Assembly (NCBI GenBank): GCA_010015805.1 | Contig: ML978123.1 | Coordinates: forward strand, 558,001-622,000 | Length of the DNA: 64,000 nt | From: Rhizodiscina lignyota | Taxonomy: Eukaryota | Direction of reading: 5' to 3' | Shown: in pieces, positions 1 through 14,301 of the stretch | Layout: each line of letters starts with the position of its first letter | Numbering within the stretch: the first letter of the stretch is position 1 | Made by a program: the position numbers and the translations under genes | The notes under the pieces: model-generated | Database searches by the model: none | What the model was told of the DNA's origin: nothing | The model's input: the letters and a program-made list of their open reading frames with translations, nothing else

Positions 1-89
1 CAGTCCCCGCTCTCACATGTATATATGGTCTAAAATCCTCCTTCTATGTAGTCTTCAACGACCTCGTTCCCTCGTCTGTTATCTCCGCC

Positions 90-345
90 TCGCCCTGCCG
101 CCTGTTATCCACAACCTGGCTGGTCCATGGTGCGTGTTTTCCCCAACCCAACTCTGTTCCGCCCCGGCGCCCTTCCCTTCATCTTCCCACCGACACCGCT
201 TTCACACTCAATATCTGACATATGGTGTATCCAAACGAGGTTCCCGCGCAATATCTTCAATTATGCTTTGGGGAGAAGCGTTCTCCGTGGTGGTTATGGT
301 TCGATTCCGCCGGCGACACTGGTGAACTATCTGGCGTGGGTGTCA
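90..345 (+). pseudogene. Degenerate fragment of an OPT-family oligopeptide transporter (C-terminal part), frameshifted
   Basis: One frame reads VIHNLAGPWCVFSPTQLCSA (cf. OPT VIWGxIGPxRxFSxGQxY). A second frame continues RFPRNIFNY...GGYGSIPPATLVNYLAW (cf. OPT RxPxSxFxYxNxPxxFGGxGxIPPATxxNYxxW). No continuous ORF. Confidence 0.5.
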
Positions 346-3300
346 TCGATTTCCTTCCTCTTCGTAGAAACGACCTGCTGCAGGTTGTGGTGAGTGGTTG
401 ACCATCGCATGAGAAAACGCATCGGAGGAACCAGAGGGCTAATGTCGCTTCTAGGGAAAAATCTGTCAACACAAATGATGGGCAGTTTGAATACCGCTGT
501 TCATTTCCTCCTGGCCCATCTTTCAGCGTGTGCATTTGGTCATAACTTGCCATCTAGCCACCCTACGTATACTAGTATTGCGGTTTCTGTGGTCGTGGCG
601 TATCATGTGTAGTTTGATACACTCATTAGTTACGTACTACAATATGTCGATGCCATGTATTCGTATGAAGGAGATGAGGAGAGGAAGAGGCGTGGAAAGG
701 TTCGATTGGTGATGGTTCCGATTACGGTTGCGCTGTGGTCTGGCTTTTTAATGCTGTTCAGCACATTATTCATCATCAACTGGATGGTAAATACTTATCT
801 TAAAGTACCACATATGTTAGAGAGCTGAAATCTGTTACTTTGTGCGTCCATTCACTTTGCCGGACGGTTCAGAGCTCCTTGAGGCAGTATCAACGTCGGT
901 ATGAAATAACAACGTAACGCTGCTTTTGGCCAAAGAGCTGAGATGTGGTGAAGATCTGTTCGAGAGGTAGCTGGAAGAGCCTGAGCGCGAAGTGTTGATC
1001 TTTGTGGGACTACGCTTGTTGTCAGCTCTGCCGTGCAAACAGAAAGGTTGAGTTTACAATTGCGCCCGTAAAGGTAACCGTTGACGTCGACATTCTAAAT
1101 CATTGATAATATAACGCCTCTGCTAACTGTAGGATTGAGGGCCTACTCAAGATAATGTTGGAGGATCTTGGGCGAGATGCTAGTCGCCTGAGAGTCATTT
1201 TTCTTACCAGATTTGCGGTGCTGCGATGAGCTGCGCCCGTGAACTAATATCAATTCTGGGAACGTTAGCAATAGAACGCTTCTGTTTCCCGTTGAGATCG
1301 AAGGACTTATTCAGCCAGTACCTGGGAAGCTTGTGTACTTGCGGCGGAGCTTGCTCGTTTGCGAAATTGTTAACTACTATTTGCGCCACAACAACGCGGT
1401 TCTATTGCCCTTAGTTCTTGGAGTCGGACGATGTTCGAGGCGTATCATTTAAGCAAGCAGCTAGGCTTTGTGGCGGTCTTCATTTGCCTCACCTGGACAG
1501 TCAGGCATTTGGCTAGCCCACTCTACAGGGTAGTCAGCTTGTGTGAATAAGGAGTGACACAGCCTTGCCGAATTTGCATTTGTGTGCTTTTTTCCTGGGA
1601 AAGCTCGAAGTAAGCTAACATTATTGCCGTGCGATTTGGACGATGTACGCGCTGGGGGAACATCGATGATATTAGAGGATCTATTATAGACATCTAAAGA
1701 AGCTCGAGCAAGGTGTTGAAATCTACGAAAGGATCTATATTACACTGCCTTGCCATGCCCATCAGAGGTTGCTCGCGCTGTAGAGATCTCAACACTATCT
1801 ATTAATATCCAAACTATGCTGTAATCCTTAATGGAGCTTGCTCGCGACGGGCTATAGCCGCGTCTACAATGGCCTTCAATCATGATCAACACAAGAATGG
1901 AAATCGAAACAAAAACAAAGGGGTGTAGGTACATAGTACAGCCACCACCATCACATCTCATTTCTTCAGAGAGGATAGGAGCCATGGTACCAGTTTGATC
2001 TACGAATTTCGCAATTCGATAGTCCCCTCCGCCTTCGGCTGCTCAAGGCAATCCGAATGGCTATAGATGACTACGCTCTTCATGGGCAGGAAGGGCAGCC
2101 AGGATGAAGAAAAACCTAAGAGAAGAGGCAGAACTGGAGCAACATTTATACCCTATGCCAGCGGCTAGCAGAGGGCTTGAGGCCTATTCCTGAATGCAGG
2201 GCTCCGTTAACGGCGTCTAGGCTCCCCCGTGGAATTCTCCGAAGCCATGGCCCGAGCTCAGATGCCAATTTCCCTCTGAGTATAAATACTTCTCATTCTT
2301 CGACCTTCCTCCTCTTTTCTTCTTCAGCTCTCTTTGCCTTTTGGCTTAGATCAAGTGTAGTATCTGTTCTTTTCAGTTTAATCTCTGAAACCTGGCCTAC
2401 GGGCCAGATAAAGATACCCTAATATTTGGAACCGGGGTGGGATCCTCTGTGCATGCACATGTTCCTTCCCACTGTGTCGCCGGTATTGTACTACCTCCGG
2501 CTGACGCGACATCTTCATTCTCACATCTTTTCATTGACATTTCCACCTGGTGTGGGAGTTTGACGAAGAGAGGCGTGCTCTTTCTATGCCTGAAAGTCTG
2601 TGAACGAGAACGGGCGCGTGCTGGCAGCTGCCATGTGGATGTTGGGCCGATTTCAGTGACCTTCATCCAACAACCGTGCTCAAGATCAATGCTGGGCAAA
2701 CAAACAACTCTTCGAAACAAAAGAGGTCGTTGTATCTTCGTCTCGGGACATCCCATGCTGACCCACCTGCGATGTGATGAAGTGATGTTTTCGAGAGCTA
2801 GGCGAGATTGAATGCGACGCTCAGGCTGCGACGACAGCGGCAGCAGCGAGGTAGATATGCTCGATTGGTTCGATGTACTCAATAGAATTAGGCCTTAGGT
2901 AGTCTCTTATATGCCTTGATTAGAGCAATCGTCGCGTGATTTCTGCCGTGCGTGCGTGATTTGATTGATGCTCTGCCGGGCTTTGGAGCCAACGCCCATT
3001 TGCTACTACAGCAGAACAGCGCATGAGAATCAGGCATAGAGATTCGAGGGGATGTTTTCGCATACCCAGATCTCCAGTTAGATATTCGTATATGTGCCCA
3101 CAAAGTGCTTGAGTGGTGGTGCGAGTGACCTATTGCCGCGACTCTAGAGCCTCAGAATTGCGATAAGCACGTCCAGCGAGGGAAGAGCCTCTCGGCTTCA
3201 CGCATCCCATAGATGAGGCACGATGCCATGCCTTGAATCTACCAGAAGCCGTGAAACTGCTGGACGCTAGATTGACATGCCTAACCATCTAGACAGGTCG

Positions 3301-6300
3301 AAGTCATCAGTCGTATACACGGCTTCACCACTATGCCTAGCCTCCACTTCCCTCAGGCAGGCACATAAACAGAACAACTTCGCCATTTCGGAGTCGGCAT
3401 GGCGAAGCTGCACCATCGCTCTTCGAGCTTTCTGTGCTCAACACCATGCCACTTATCGACTGTCTCCATTTGATCCGACGCAACCAGAGGCGCAATAGGG
3501 AGAGTTCGGTGACTTTGGCCACCATTCGCCACGCACACGCAGCGCCGGCTCGATCGCGAGACCTCGACTCCAACAGCTTCGGGCTGTAGAAGCAGTTGGG
3601 AAACTCTACTTGATAGGAACCAAGGCCATGACCGCGGCTCCTTAGAATTGTTCAATTGCGCCTTCACACTACAATGTGCACGGATATTCTGGTATTTCAC
3701 GGTATCCAACTCTCAATCTCAGCAGAAGGCGGCAGGTTTTGATGCTTGCGACCATAGAGTGAACATCTCTCACTGGCGGCAATAGCAATCTTGACGGTGA
3801 GCTCCTGATTCTGATTGGAAAACTTTGACCTCAGCGAGCTTTACTACCACAGTACAGTGTCAAATATCTCCATTTGACCCTTGGCAGCGCAACCAGAGCA
3901 ATTCCGGTGTCGCTGCGTCTTGAAGTGACAGCCCCTCTCCGTCCAGCGCGCTCCTTCGGTCTATGCGAAATTTACCGGCCTCCTTAGCTTCATGCCTGTA
4001 CAAGACATCACTGGTTTTTCTCTCTGGCAGCTTGCTGACCGAGTGACCGAACGGCATGTCGAAATTGCGCCACTCTTCGAACCTTAGTTCATCAACAACG
4101 ACGTGACGAGCACTGATACTTCCAAGTTTGAGCAGGAGGAAGCACCCGGTACACTTTGCCACTCAGATATGGGACCAGATTGATCAGAGAGGCTCGATCA
4201 GGAGAGTGAAAGGCCATCAGAGGTTGATGGCAGACGCTCCTCTGTAGGAGCTATCAATTTGCAGAAGGCTCTCAGAAAGTTGGCCGGCATCGATATCAAG
4301 TGGCATTATCTCAAGATCCGAGAGCACCTTACGGTCTCGATAGGCCACTGGAGAAGCATTGCTCCAAACAATTTAGGAGAGAAGCGAGCATGTTCTATCT
4401 GATTCTCGCGAAGACGGCGAGAACGATACTCTCTCCACGACAGGACAGCTTCCAAAAGGACGCTTCGGTGATGTCGTTCCCAAATCTTTGACCTCAGAGC
4501 AGTTTGTAGCACGTCTCATAGACGCATAGTCTAGTAACTAGTACCAGTTCTCTGGGCCGCTTGCTCTCTCCAGTATATGCATTGCTAGCAGTTCCCTACT
4601 TGCCTCAACCGAGTTTATCAAACTTGTGTAGCTCTCGGCCAATACCATAAAGTACCTCGATCGCTGTCTGGCCCTCGACTTTGGTGCATCGTGACTTTGC
4701 GGCATGCTTAGGCCGAGGATAGGTTGGTATAGGGCTTTCGGTTTGAGAAGAGGAAGAAGGCAATCGGAGTTTGTGGCATTCGATGGTAAGGTAAGCTGCG
4801 AGGTAGCAAAGGCCGATTGGAATTTGGACTGCTTGGGATGGCATTACGCAGTGTTTTCGAGCGGAGCTAGTAGCGTAAAATCCCGGTTGGAAGATAGCAC
4901 AAAGCCGTTCCTTTTGGGCAGCGACCGCTCTCAGCAAACTAGTAGCAAGCAGCACTGCTAGGGGTCTGTCATTTAGTCCTGATTCTGATATCTCCCGGCC
5001 TATGGGGGCGTGGCCGCGCGAGTGATGCTGTATTTGCCCAAGTTTGCCAAGCTTTTCGCCCACAAAGACTACTTTGCTTTCTCCACCAAACAACACAGCA
5101 GCTCGTTCCACTCTGCGAGCTCCAAGACCAAAATTTCGGTTTGTTCTTGAAGCAGTTGAGATCTTCCTTCTGAGGACTCCGGAAAGTATCCACTGCTATC
5201 AAATGCCTTTGTTTCTGCGAGTTGTTGTTGGCCGCACTCGCGCTCGCGGGGAGGACAGCAGCGACGCGCTTCTCTTTTTCCTCCACCATCTTTGCAACAC
5301 AACTCTGGCATTGAGATCGGATATCAAGAGGCCATCTCTGAAGGCCTCTTCTTGAATCAGAGGGCTGGAGAAGTTCAAAATCTTGCGTTGCCACTGCAGC
5401 CGACGATGTTTTGAGCTAGGGCTGTGTGACCTCATAGGCAAGTACACACACCACCAGCACTTGTATTCTCATCACTTCTTCCTATGATGGCGGTAACGAA
5501 TAATGATAGCGCAGTCCCCGCAGACGGCCATGATAGACTTGAGTCTGGCAGTCTGTGAGAACAGCTGGACTCTTTTCTTGCATGAGGCACCGTGCTAACT
5601 TCAAGCTTTACCATGGATCGGTACGGATTGAGGTTTTCGGACGGCATCCCTTGGATACACTTTACTCACGGTGAATATTTCCAAGTAATCCGCTGCGCTG
5701 ACATGAATCCAGGAAAGTTGTCAGACTTAGTGTTTCCGATCATCTAGCCTCATCGGCGGCCAGGGACGCTCCGGTCACCAAGAATCAAGGCCTGCCACAA
5801 GCGCCCTTAGTGCTTCTCAAATTTCTGCCCGTCCAAATCCGCCCGGCTTCGCGCAAAGGATATTTCAAGATGGAGATCGGCTGAGGCTCTCCATTCCAAA
5901 ATATGATCACAGCTGACAGCTTTCCGTAGCTTCGACTTCATCAACCTTCTCCCGTGTGGTATTGACGGCACATATCTGTCTCCTTTCTTTGATCGCTGCT
6001 GGCTCTAGGCGAAGGTCAGAAAGGGCGATGCACATCCGATCCTGTGTGTCCCCGTTGTGTCGCCTAGGCTCTCAGTTGGAATATGGAAAGAGCTAGACGC
6101 AGGGATGGCCCCCAAATTGTGAGAAGGCCATGTTGTCCCTGTGAGTCGACCCGGCAGATATTCTCCATTTATAAGCACTGTGAGCGGTAACAGGTCATTG
6201 ACAGGATCGGCGCTGGGCTATAAGCTGAACATCGCCCGCACCTCCCTTTCATCTCGAGCCCCTTCTCTTCGACGGCCATCCTCGCTCCTTCTCTCTTGGT

Positions 6301-9300
6301 CAACGACACGGCATACGAGAGGAATACGGAAATACTGAATGAAAAGATACTATGAGAGTAAACATATGTCTGCACTAGATCTTGAAAGGACTGATTTGCA
6401 CAACGGGGGTATTGAAGCTGCTTGACAGAACAAGTATCAATGCAGTGAACAGAGCTCCCAAGATGTATGGCCAGTTGTTAACTTGTTATACAACTGGCCG
6501 CCGGCGAGCCACCATTTTTTTTTTGTCTTTGCATCTATAGAATGATGTCAAGACAATGACACTCGCCGGACATACTTTGGTAGGCAACAGCTGACAGATC
6601 AGTCCCACCTCTTCCTTTCAATCGACTCCCGGCTCCTTCTCTTTCGATCGACAGAGTGACCTACGAGAGCACTGGTTGGAGACAAAAAGAAAACACATAG
6701 AAAAGAGAAGGGTCGCACTAGGATACGAGAGTCTGCGAAGCACAACTAGACATGCAGCCGACAAAACTGCCGTCCAAGAGGAACAAGGCGCAAGATACAA
6801 TCAGACTAGGGCCGAAAGGTAAGGCCTGCTGAGATTCCCGTGTCGGACAATGCTTGGTAGACAGCAACTGGTAGGCCAACGTAAGTATTCTCCGGAATCT
6901 CGATCGTCCGGCCCTGACAGCAACAGGAAATCCAACTGTTCACTTCGATATGTCCGACTCAAGATTCTGAGGTACGTGACTTTCGACAAGCAGCCAAGTC
7001 AAACCCTTCTTCCCAAATACGCAGGACCGCACTACCACGATGTCGGCCAATCTCAATAGCTTTCATCATACAGCAAGTGTCCGAGATCAATGCAGAGTCC
7101 AAGACTCATGGAAAGCAAAGATTAGCCCGCGCTCGAAAAGATCGAGATGAGAGTACTGAATTGCTAGTCACATCCCACGCATATCGATACAATCAGCAGT
7201 TCAGATGGAGAACTTGCTGGTTCCTCTATTGTTGCTGATTTCTTTGCTTCCGTCGGTTTCTTTGCTCTCGCTGATCGCTTTGTCCATGCTGATTCCTTTT
7301 ATGTCGCAGGCACATCGGAGTCAATAGACTCGAGAGTCGATCCTTGTCTGCGGCGCACACACGCAGATATCCGAGGTGAATACGACGTTACATCAACTCC
7401 GTGGGCCTTGGAAGTTCGATGAAGACGTCCACGTGGCATACTCGTAAGTTATGGAAACCATCTTTCATCCCGTTATGCGCTGCCTTCCCCGTGCGATCAC
7501 CCTGCATTCCGTAGCCCTCACGGACATTGCTTGCAGCGAGGTTGACGGTCAACTGACCTTCCATGTCTGCCATCGTTGCAACTACGTCTCAACCAAGTCC
7601 AAGATCAAATCCACTGTTCGAACTACGGTCTAGCACGACCAACTTCATTTCCAAGTTGTCGTACTTCCTTCTTGAAGACGAGCTAATTTCTTGTTCCTTT
7701 AGATGATGCCGAGACAAGAAGTGCGTATCCATCTCTTCGAATCCCAACACAATGTACCGCTAACTTCTTCGATTCGGGGATGTGCCGTTCGACCCATCTC
7801 GGTAGTTGTAGGTTCCATTCGGCGTCGACCTTTGGCCTTGTCAACATCTCAGCGTAACGATCCTTTCCGAAACCTCAACGCTCACGCATGCTCGGCGTGG
7901 ATTTCATCAAGTTGAGACATCTCATCTGAGGCTAGCCTGCGAATGTTCTACGCGCGTTCGGGGGTTTGCGCTGCCAGCGCGTCCAATTCCAGTTTCATAC
8001 TTTGAGCGCAGAACGTTGGCGTTGACAGCTTTGCTTCCATACGCATTTTTACGCTAAAGTTCCCAAACGAACGCTCATGGAACCGCTTCCCTGGCACGCC
8101 TTGGACCGGAGAGACTTGCTCCCAGTTAAGTACCGTTGAATGAGCGGATGCTAAGAGCTGACATCTGTCGTGATAGGAGAGACTCAGTATGAGCAGAGCG
8201 ATTGTCCTCGACATGCAAATGCAAGTCTCTCACCGATACCCGTTAAAGGCTACACGGATAACGCTTCGATGGTCGCGACGTCGACTTCGTGTCAGTCGCA
8301 AGCAATAGGTACCGAAGTGCGCTCTCCGTTTTAATGCACAGACAATGTTCGCCCGCGCTGATATCTCCGCTCCAGTTAGGACAGTTCGAGGCGTTCTCGC
8401 TATTGACACCACGTGCAAGATAAGAAGTCGACTCGCACTGCATCGAGAATGCAGTGTTTCGACACTGTCATTGCCTTTCATGATGACCGCGCATGGAGTG
8501 AGTCGCTGACCTTTCTGCTGATGGAAGCGCCATTTGTGCCCCTCAAATGTATTATAGTGAGTCCTCTTTCTGTCTTCAAGCGGCACACACGCTCGATCTC
8601 ACAAGCATCAGATCGTCGTATTCTCCGATTCGACTACCCGCTATCCTGGATTCGACGTGAATGATTCCTCTTCGCGCTGAGAGAGTTCTGCAGCCCAGCC
8701 CCAGTATACGGAAGATCACCTTCACTGGCTCTTGGGTTCCTCCGAGCTGGGAATAGAGCGTCGATGCCCGCATCGACAACTGGGGCCATCGTAGATGCGC
8801 CAACTGCTCTTCAGAACCCAATGTGGAAGCTGGGATATCAAGATAGATCGCTGTCGACTTGGCAAATGCGCTGAGCGGGATTCAGCGTGGCCGCGAACCC
8901 GGACGAGCCGTTTTCATGTAAGTTCAGTTATGTCGAACTTATAACTTCGGGCAAGCGCTAACCCTGGACATCGTTCATTCATGCTGCCCACGTCAAATCG
9001 CACCAAGTTCAGTCCGCTCCAGTAGCGACCTCAGCCGCTTAGCAGTCCGTTGGATTGGTACCCTGACGGCCTCGGAAGGAACAGCCGGGCACCAACACAA
9101 CTTTGCGCGCAGTTAATCGCAATTTTGTAGTACAAAGCCGGCCAGATCAACCCAAGTCAAGGAAGTGATTATTCCTGGGCGAGTCAAAATTAGTAGCCCA
9201 TCCTCCAAAGGAGCGACTTGGAACATACGCAGAATATTAGCCAAATCGAGAGAATCAACATTCCTTCCCGCAGTGTATACAAATGACGACTGACAAATAG

Positions 9301-12300
9301 TGACAAGAATGAGTAGCCTGGGCCATCCTTCAGATCTTCCAACCTCGCATTTCCGTTGCAAAGTAGTAACGGAGAGATGGGAGAAAGACTTTTCCACAAG
9401 CCGTGTCTGAGGGACGGTCGTCATAACGGGATCAGCTCAAGAGATCCACAGACTACATGTTTCCGTAGAGATGTAGTGAGATCATTGGGTGCTTCCGTTG
9501 ATGAGGGATGCCGGTAGCCAATCCATAGCGAAGATCGATTAAATCGAGATACGACGCTCTGCTATTCGACGCCGGGGTCCATTTGCAACATCGTGCAAAA
9601 TGATGTCGCTCACCACTAAGATTGCAAACCCCTCATTCGTTTCGATATCCTTCAGCGGAGAGCGAGGGTACTGCATTACCACCATTCGAGTGCTGCCGAC
9701 CGCATCTGCTGAATCTATCTGGGCGCACTGTGCCAAAGCTCAGATGACTCCTTCTCGTTATGCTGTGTCCCTGCCATTATGCTGCATATCCTGCGCCGAA
9801 TTGTTGGCTGAACATTGGTTTCGTTCGTATGCATCGTTCGTTCGTATAGATTCGATTGGAATGCTCTTTTCCGCTTAAGCTCTTTCAATTGCTTTCGCAT
9901 ACTGCGTGTTCGTTTCTCAATCGCGTCATACAAGTTGTACAGTTTCGCATGGGCAGACCGAACGCCGCCGCAACGAGGAATGTCTTAACGCGAAAGGCTG
10001 GCCAGCGACGCTCCGAAGGATTTGATCATTCATTAACTGTCCTTCCAATCCTGGTGTCCGAGACTGACGCTGCTTAGGAGTGGCAACATCTGACATGATT
10101 CCTGACAAGCGACAATCGCCAGTTGCAAGCCTCAGCAACTGTAGATCCATACAGGTATGTGCAATTCGAGCTTCTCGAACATCGATATTGACTTGGGTAT
10201 AGACGAGCGAACGTTTTGTTGAACAAGTTTCGAGGTTCTCGAAGCCGAGTACTACGCCAGGTGGCTATGGTACTGCTGGTAACTCCATCGACGGCGAGGG
10301 TCAGGCCTATTGGACTTCTCCGATCTTGGGTCTGTGAGGAGACCTCTAGGCTCATAGGGTCGAATGTCCTCTGTGGTGCCTGACTGTTCATCGTGCTTCT
10401 CAGAGCAGTTTACTGCCGGGAGGTGGGCAGCGGCTGGGGTGTGCGATGTCGGGGTCATTCAAAATCCTGAATTGGGTTTTGAACATCTGAATGCAAGCAA
10501 CTAGATGTATTCACATGAGAAGGTCATCTCCGGGATGCCTTCGCAGCTAGACACTGCTCGAGTTCGTAGGTGTTTTCTGAACGCCCCTGGACTGCCGCGG
10601 CAACCATGATATGCCAATCCAGGACGCGACCGCCAGCATCGTACTCGTCATTCCGGTTCGTGGGGCTCGGAGCCGTATGATGCAAGCTAACAGTAAGATC
10701 TGCCGTCATTCTGCTGATGAATAATTCGAGTATGTGATGGATGGTCGTCAAGGTCGCCAGAAGCTCGGATCAAAATCGAGGACTTGGAAGGACCAAGAAC
10801 GCTTGCGACACCACTGATGATCCAGATCAATGGCGCCACTTTCTTCGATAGTGATTTCTAAAGCTCCAGCGTTTCAAAGCCTTCTGGTGCGACGATCGGG
10901 GATGTTGTTGTGAGGTGGCAGTGTGATGTAGAGAAATGGGTGGTGGTCAGAACTTTGTGCGGGTCTTTCCCCCTTGGCAGTCGCGTTCGGCAACCACCTC
11001 TCCCAATCAGGAATTCACCACCGAGGACAGCGAGAAAGACTTGTTCAAGCTGCTATCGATATGCGGTATACGCATTCGATGCGACTTTCGATGCTTTGGA
11101 ACCCTCCCTTGGGGAGGATCTCTTCAGAATGGCCAACAATTGTCGACAAAGGCTGCGCATGACACTTCTAGTAGGCAGCTCCGGACCTACAATCAAAGGG
11201 ACACTTACTAAGACCATCGTGTTGCAGCTTGGTACTACTCACTCGGAAGTTTTGTTTGAGGATATTCACCTTCGAGGTCAAAGCAATGGAAGACACTCTC
11301 CACTTTCTTCGTTCGAAGCGTCTCCCATTCGGCAGCAGCCTCTCGCGTCTCATTCAGGTTCCAATCTCATCGATTAGCGTGAAACGCAATCGACAGCTCG
11401 TTTACTTTCCGAAATACTACCCTACATTTCTGGCCATTCAAAATTACAGCATGATGCTAAGAATGCCGAGTCTATAGGATCTCAGCTACTGAATCCAAAG
11501 GCACGAGGCTGACAACATTTGTAGGAAAGCGACACTCGAGTTCAATGGCTTATAAGAAACTAATTAACGGACGCAAACAGCACATTATGGCAGATTATTT
11601 AGATACCCAACCAAAGACTCCACCGTCTAGTTCCCATACACTTATCGAGCCCTAGAGATTTGCCTTCTTCTTCAAGTCCGCCGACCTTCAAACCGCTTCG
11701 CACGAGTCTCTCGAAGCATTTCCTGAAACCTCCCCTCCAGCACAAGAATTATACTCGGCCATCTTCGAAAATGGCGCATTCTATCGTGTCCGCTCTCCGG
11801 GCAGCTCCTCAACATAGGTAATCCATTACCCGAGCGTACAAATCACGGCCACCACGAACATTTGCTCCTTGATCCATTTAACAAATCTCTGTTCCCGAGC
11901 TTGGATTTAATAGAGGGCTTTAGAGCGAGTTTCATCTTCGAGTTATCATATCCCAGCCGACGAGGCAATACCTTGAGGCAGGACGGCGACATGCACGATC
12001 TCCTCTCGGGGGAAAGAAGGATATGAATATGGACAACAATACCTTGGCAGCAATTGGATGGACTAGTTTCAAACGATATGAGCTGACCCAGTTACAAAAC
12101 GAGCCAGCGAACTCTTCTTTCCTCAGTGGTTGCTGACAATCCACCGACCGATACAACTCGTCACGAAGATGCTCTCAAAGGGCGAAGGACAAGGTACTTC
12201 TTCGACAGCCCTGATGGAGTCGGCATTGATATATTCTATTCATCAATGTACAATGTATAGATGTCTACAACAACAAACAAATTGTCTTGTCTCGATATAC

Positions 12301-12359
12301 ATCTATCACAATCACGGCCGCGCCGAAAAGGCAGCGCAGAGCCCTGAAATATTCTAACT

Positions 12360-14301
12360 CTATGCCTGCCTCACTTCCTGGTCGTGCTCGTGATGTTCAT
12401 GGTGCTCATGATGGCCTGGCATATGTGCATGAGGTGCATGCGCCATATGCACCGCAATATGGTCCGTCATGTACTTCTTGATATCTCCCAAGAACATGCT
12501 ACAGATGATACTCACAGCGCCAAACGCGATCGAGACATAATAGACATAAGGATACGCGTACGCGTACGTCTCCTGGCCTGCGCGCACCAAATTCTGCCAG
12601 ACTTCGTCATTGGGCACGTACGGCAGCTCGCGGATTGTTTGCAGAAGTCCCGCAGACGTGAGCTCGATGATGGTGGTGATTTCCTCGGGGTCCTTGATGC
12701 CGTTCTCGACGCAGGCGCCGGCGAGGATGACCATGGATCCCTTGACGAACCTTTGCGCGAACACGTTGTAGTAGATTGCATAGCCGATGGCACCGCCGAG
12801 CACGCGGATGGAGAGCGTGAGAGCGGCGACGGTGGCGATGAGTTCGTCGGGGCAAATGATTGTTGAGATGATAGACGCCGGAACGACTATGCCGCCAATT
12901 CCAAGGCCGGCGATAGTGATGACGATGTACGAGACCCAGATATTGTCAACCCTCAGAGCGGCCATAGCACCAGCACCTGTACTGATCGTTAGACTCGAAG
13001 AGACTCGACATTGAAGGGAATGTGGCAACTCACCAGCAGTCATAAGGATAGACGAGCCGATCATCAACATGCGAATATGTCCCTTCGTCACACTCAGCAA
13101 CACCAAGACAATGCAAGCGCCGCTGAGGATGGAGAAGCCCAATTCGATATTGCGGATTCCAATTTGCCACGGATCTTGGCCGTAGACGTTGTATGACTGT
13201 GTCGGCCAGAAAAGGAGGACGGAAAAGAAATTAGAGCCAGAGATGAAGGTGATGATGAGAGTCAGCAGGAGAATGCGAGGCTCCTGAAGGATCCGTCCAG
13301 GAAACATTGGCCATTTAGCAAACTTCGTCTCGTAGATAATGAACCCAATGATCATGATGAGGCCAAGTATGAGCGTGACGAGAACGTGAGGGGTGTTCCA
13401 TTTATACTGGTAACCTCCCCATTGGACTGCCATCATGAATAGGAGCAAGCCTCCGATCGAGAGAAAGCCGCCGATATAATCGATTCGGCGCAGCACATCT
13501 CTCCGTGAGAGTTCAGCAGTCATGGTTCTCGGCGGAGGGAAGTAAAAGATCGTGGTGAGTGTCAGGCCCAGGAAAGCCCAAACGCCGCAAACCAGGCCAA
13601 TCCATCTCCAGGAGCCATAATGAGCGATGAGGTTGCCCCAGAGAATCGAAGGGCAGAAGGGCAGGATCGTGAAAATCAGCACCGACACATACATGCCTCG
13701 CTTCTTTGTGGGAGCAAGCTCAGATGTGACGGCGAGAGAGGTCAATTCGTTAATTCCAGCACCGGCTCCGGCGATGACCATGCCGCCAATGAAGACGTTC
13801 ATAGTGTGCGCGGTTGCCGAGACGATGTTTCCAAGAATGAGAAGAATAGCTCCTCCGATGGCCACATACCGACGCCCGAAGAGGTCCGAGAGACTGCCGA
13901 CAAAGGGACAAGTTGCACCCAAGGCAAAGAGATTACCGAGGACATACCACGTCCATCGATCAACTCCTCCCAGGTCACCGTAGACTGTATCCAGATCAGT
14001 ATTGCAAGTCCGCTTTGAGGCATGAGACGTACTGTATGGAGGCACGGCGCCGTAGAGATACAACGGGATTTGTGAGCCTGTCCAGAGAAACGCCATGGCC
14101 ACCAAGGCCATGATTTTACTGAAAGTCATCTGATTTATTTGTTAGCAGCCGGTCAATTTCACAACGGTCAATGCTGACCTTCTCATCGTCAGATTCTTCC
14201 GAGGACGTCTCGACGTCGCTCTTTGCGGTATACTCGACATGACCTGCACCGCCGTTCTTCTCATACTCCGTGATGGTGTCACCGGTCGTGGTGTATGCCA
14301 T
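12360..14301 (-). CDS. MFS transporter, TRI12 (fungal trichothecene efflux pump-like) family, with His-rich C-terminus
   Basis: ATG at 14301 (MAYTTTGD); GT-AG introns at 14130-14178, 13985-14032 and 12977-13033. Motifs MAFLWTGSQIPLYL, PFVGSLSDLFGRR (MFS motif A) and IDYIGGFLSIGG; many hydrophobic helices. Confidence 0.9.

Noticed and set aside
298..310. GGTTCGATTCC, resembling a tRNA T-loop/B-box
   Set aside because: The flanks do not form a T-stem or cloverleaf; it encodes GSIP within the OPT-like motif.
8695..8735. PSIRKITFTGS, resembling the aldehyde dehydrogenase FTGS motif
   Set aside because: The surrounding residues lack ALDH context and the frame closes quickly; probably chance.
11587..12260. 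Protein-like plus-strand frame starting MADYLDTQPK
   Set aside because: Needs several stops and a frameshift and matches no known family; covered by the general decayed-region finding.
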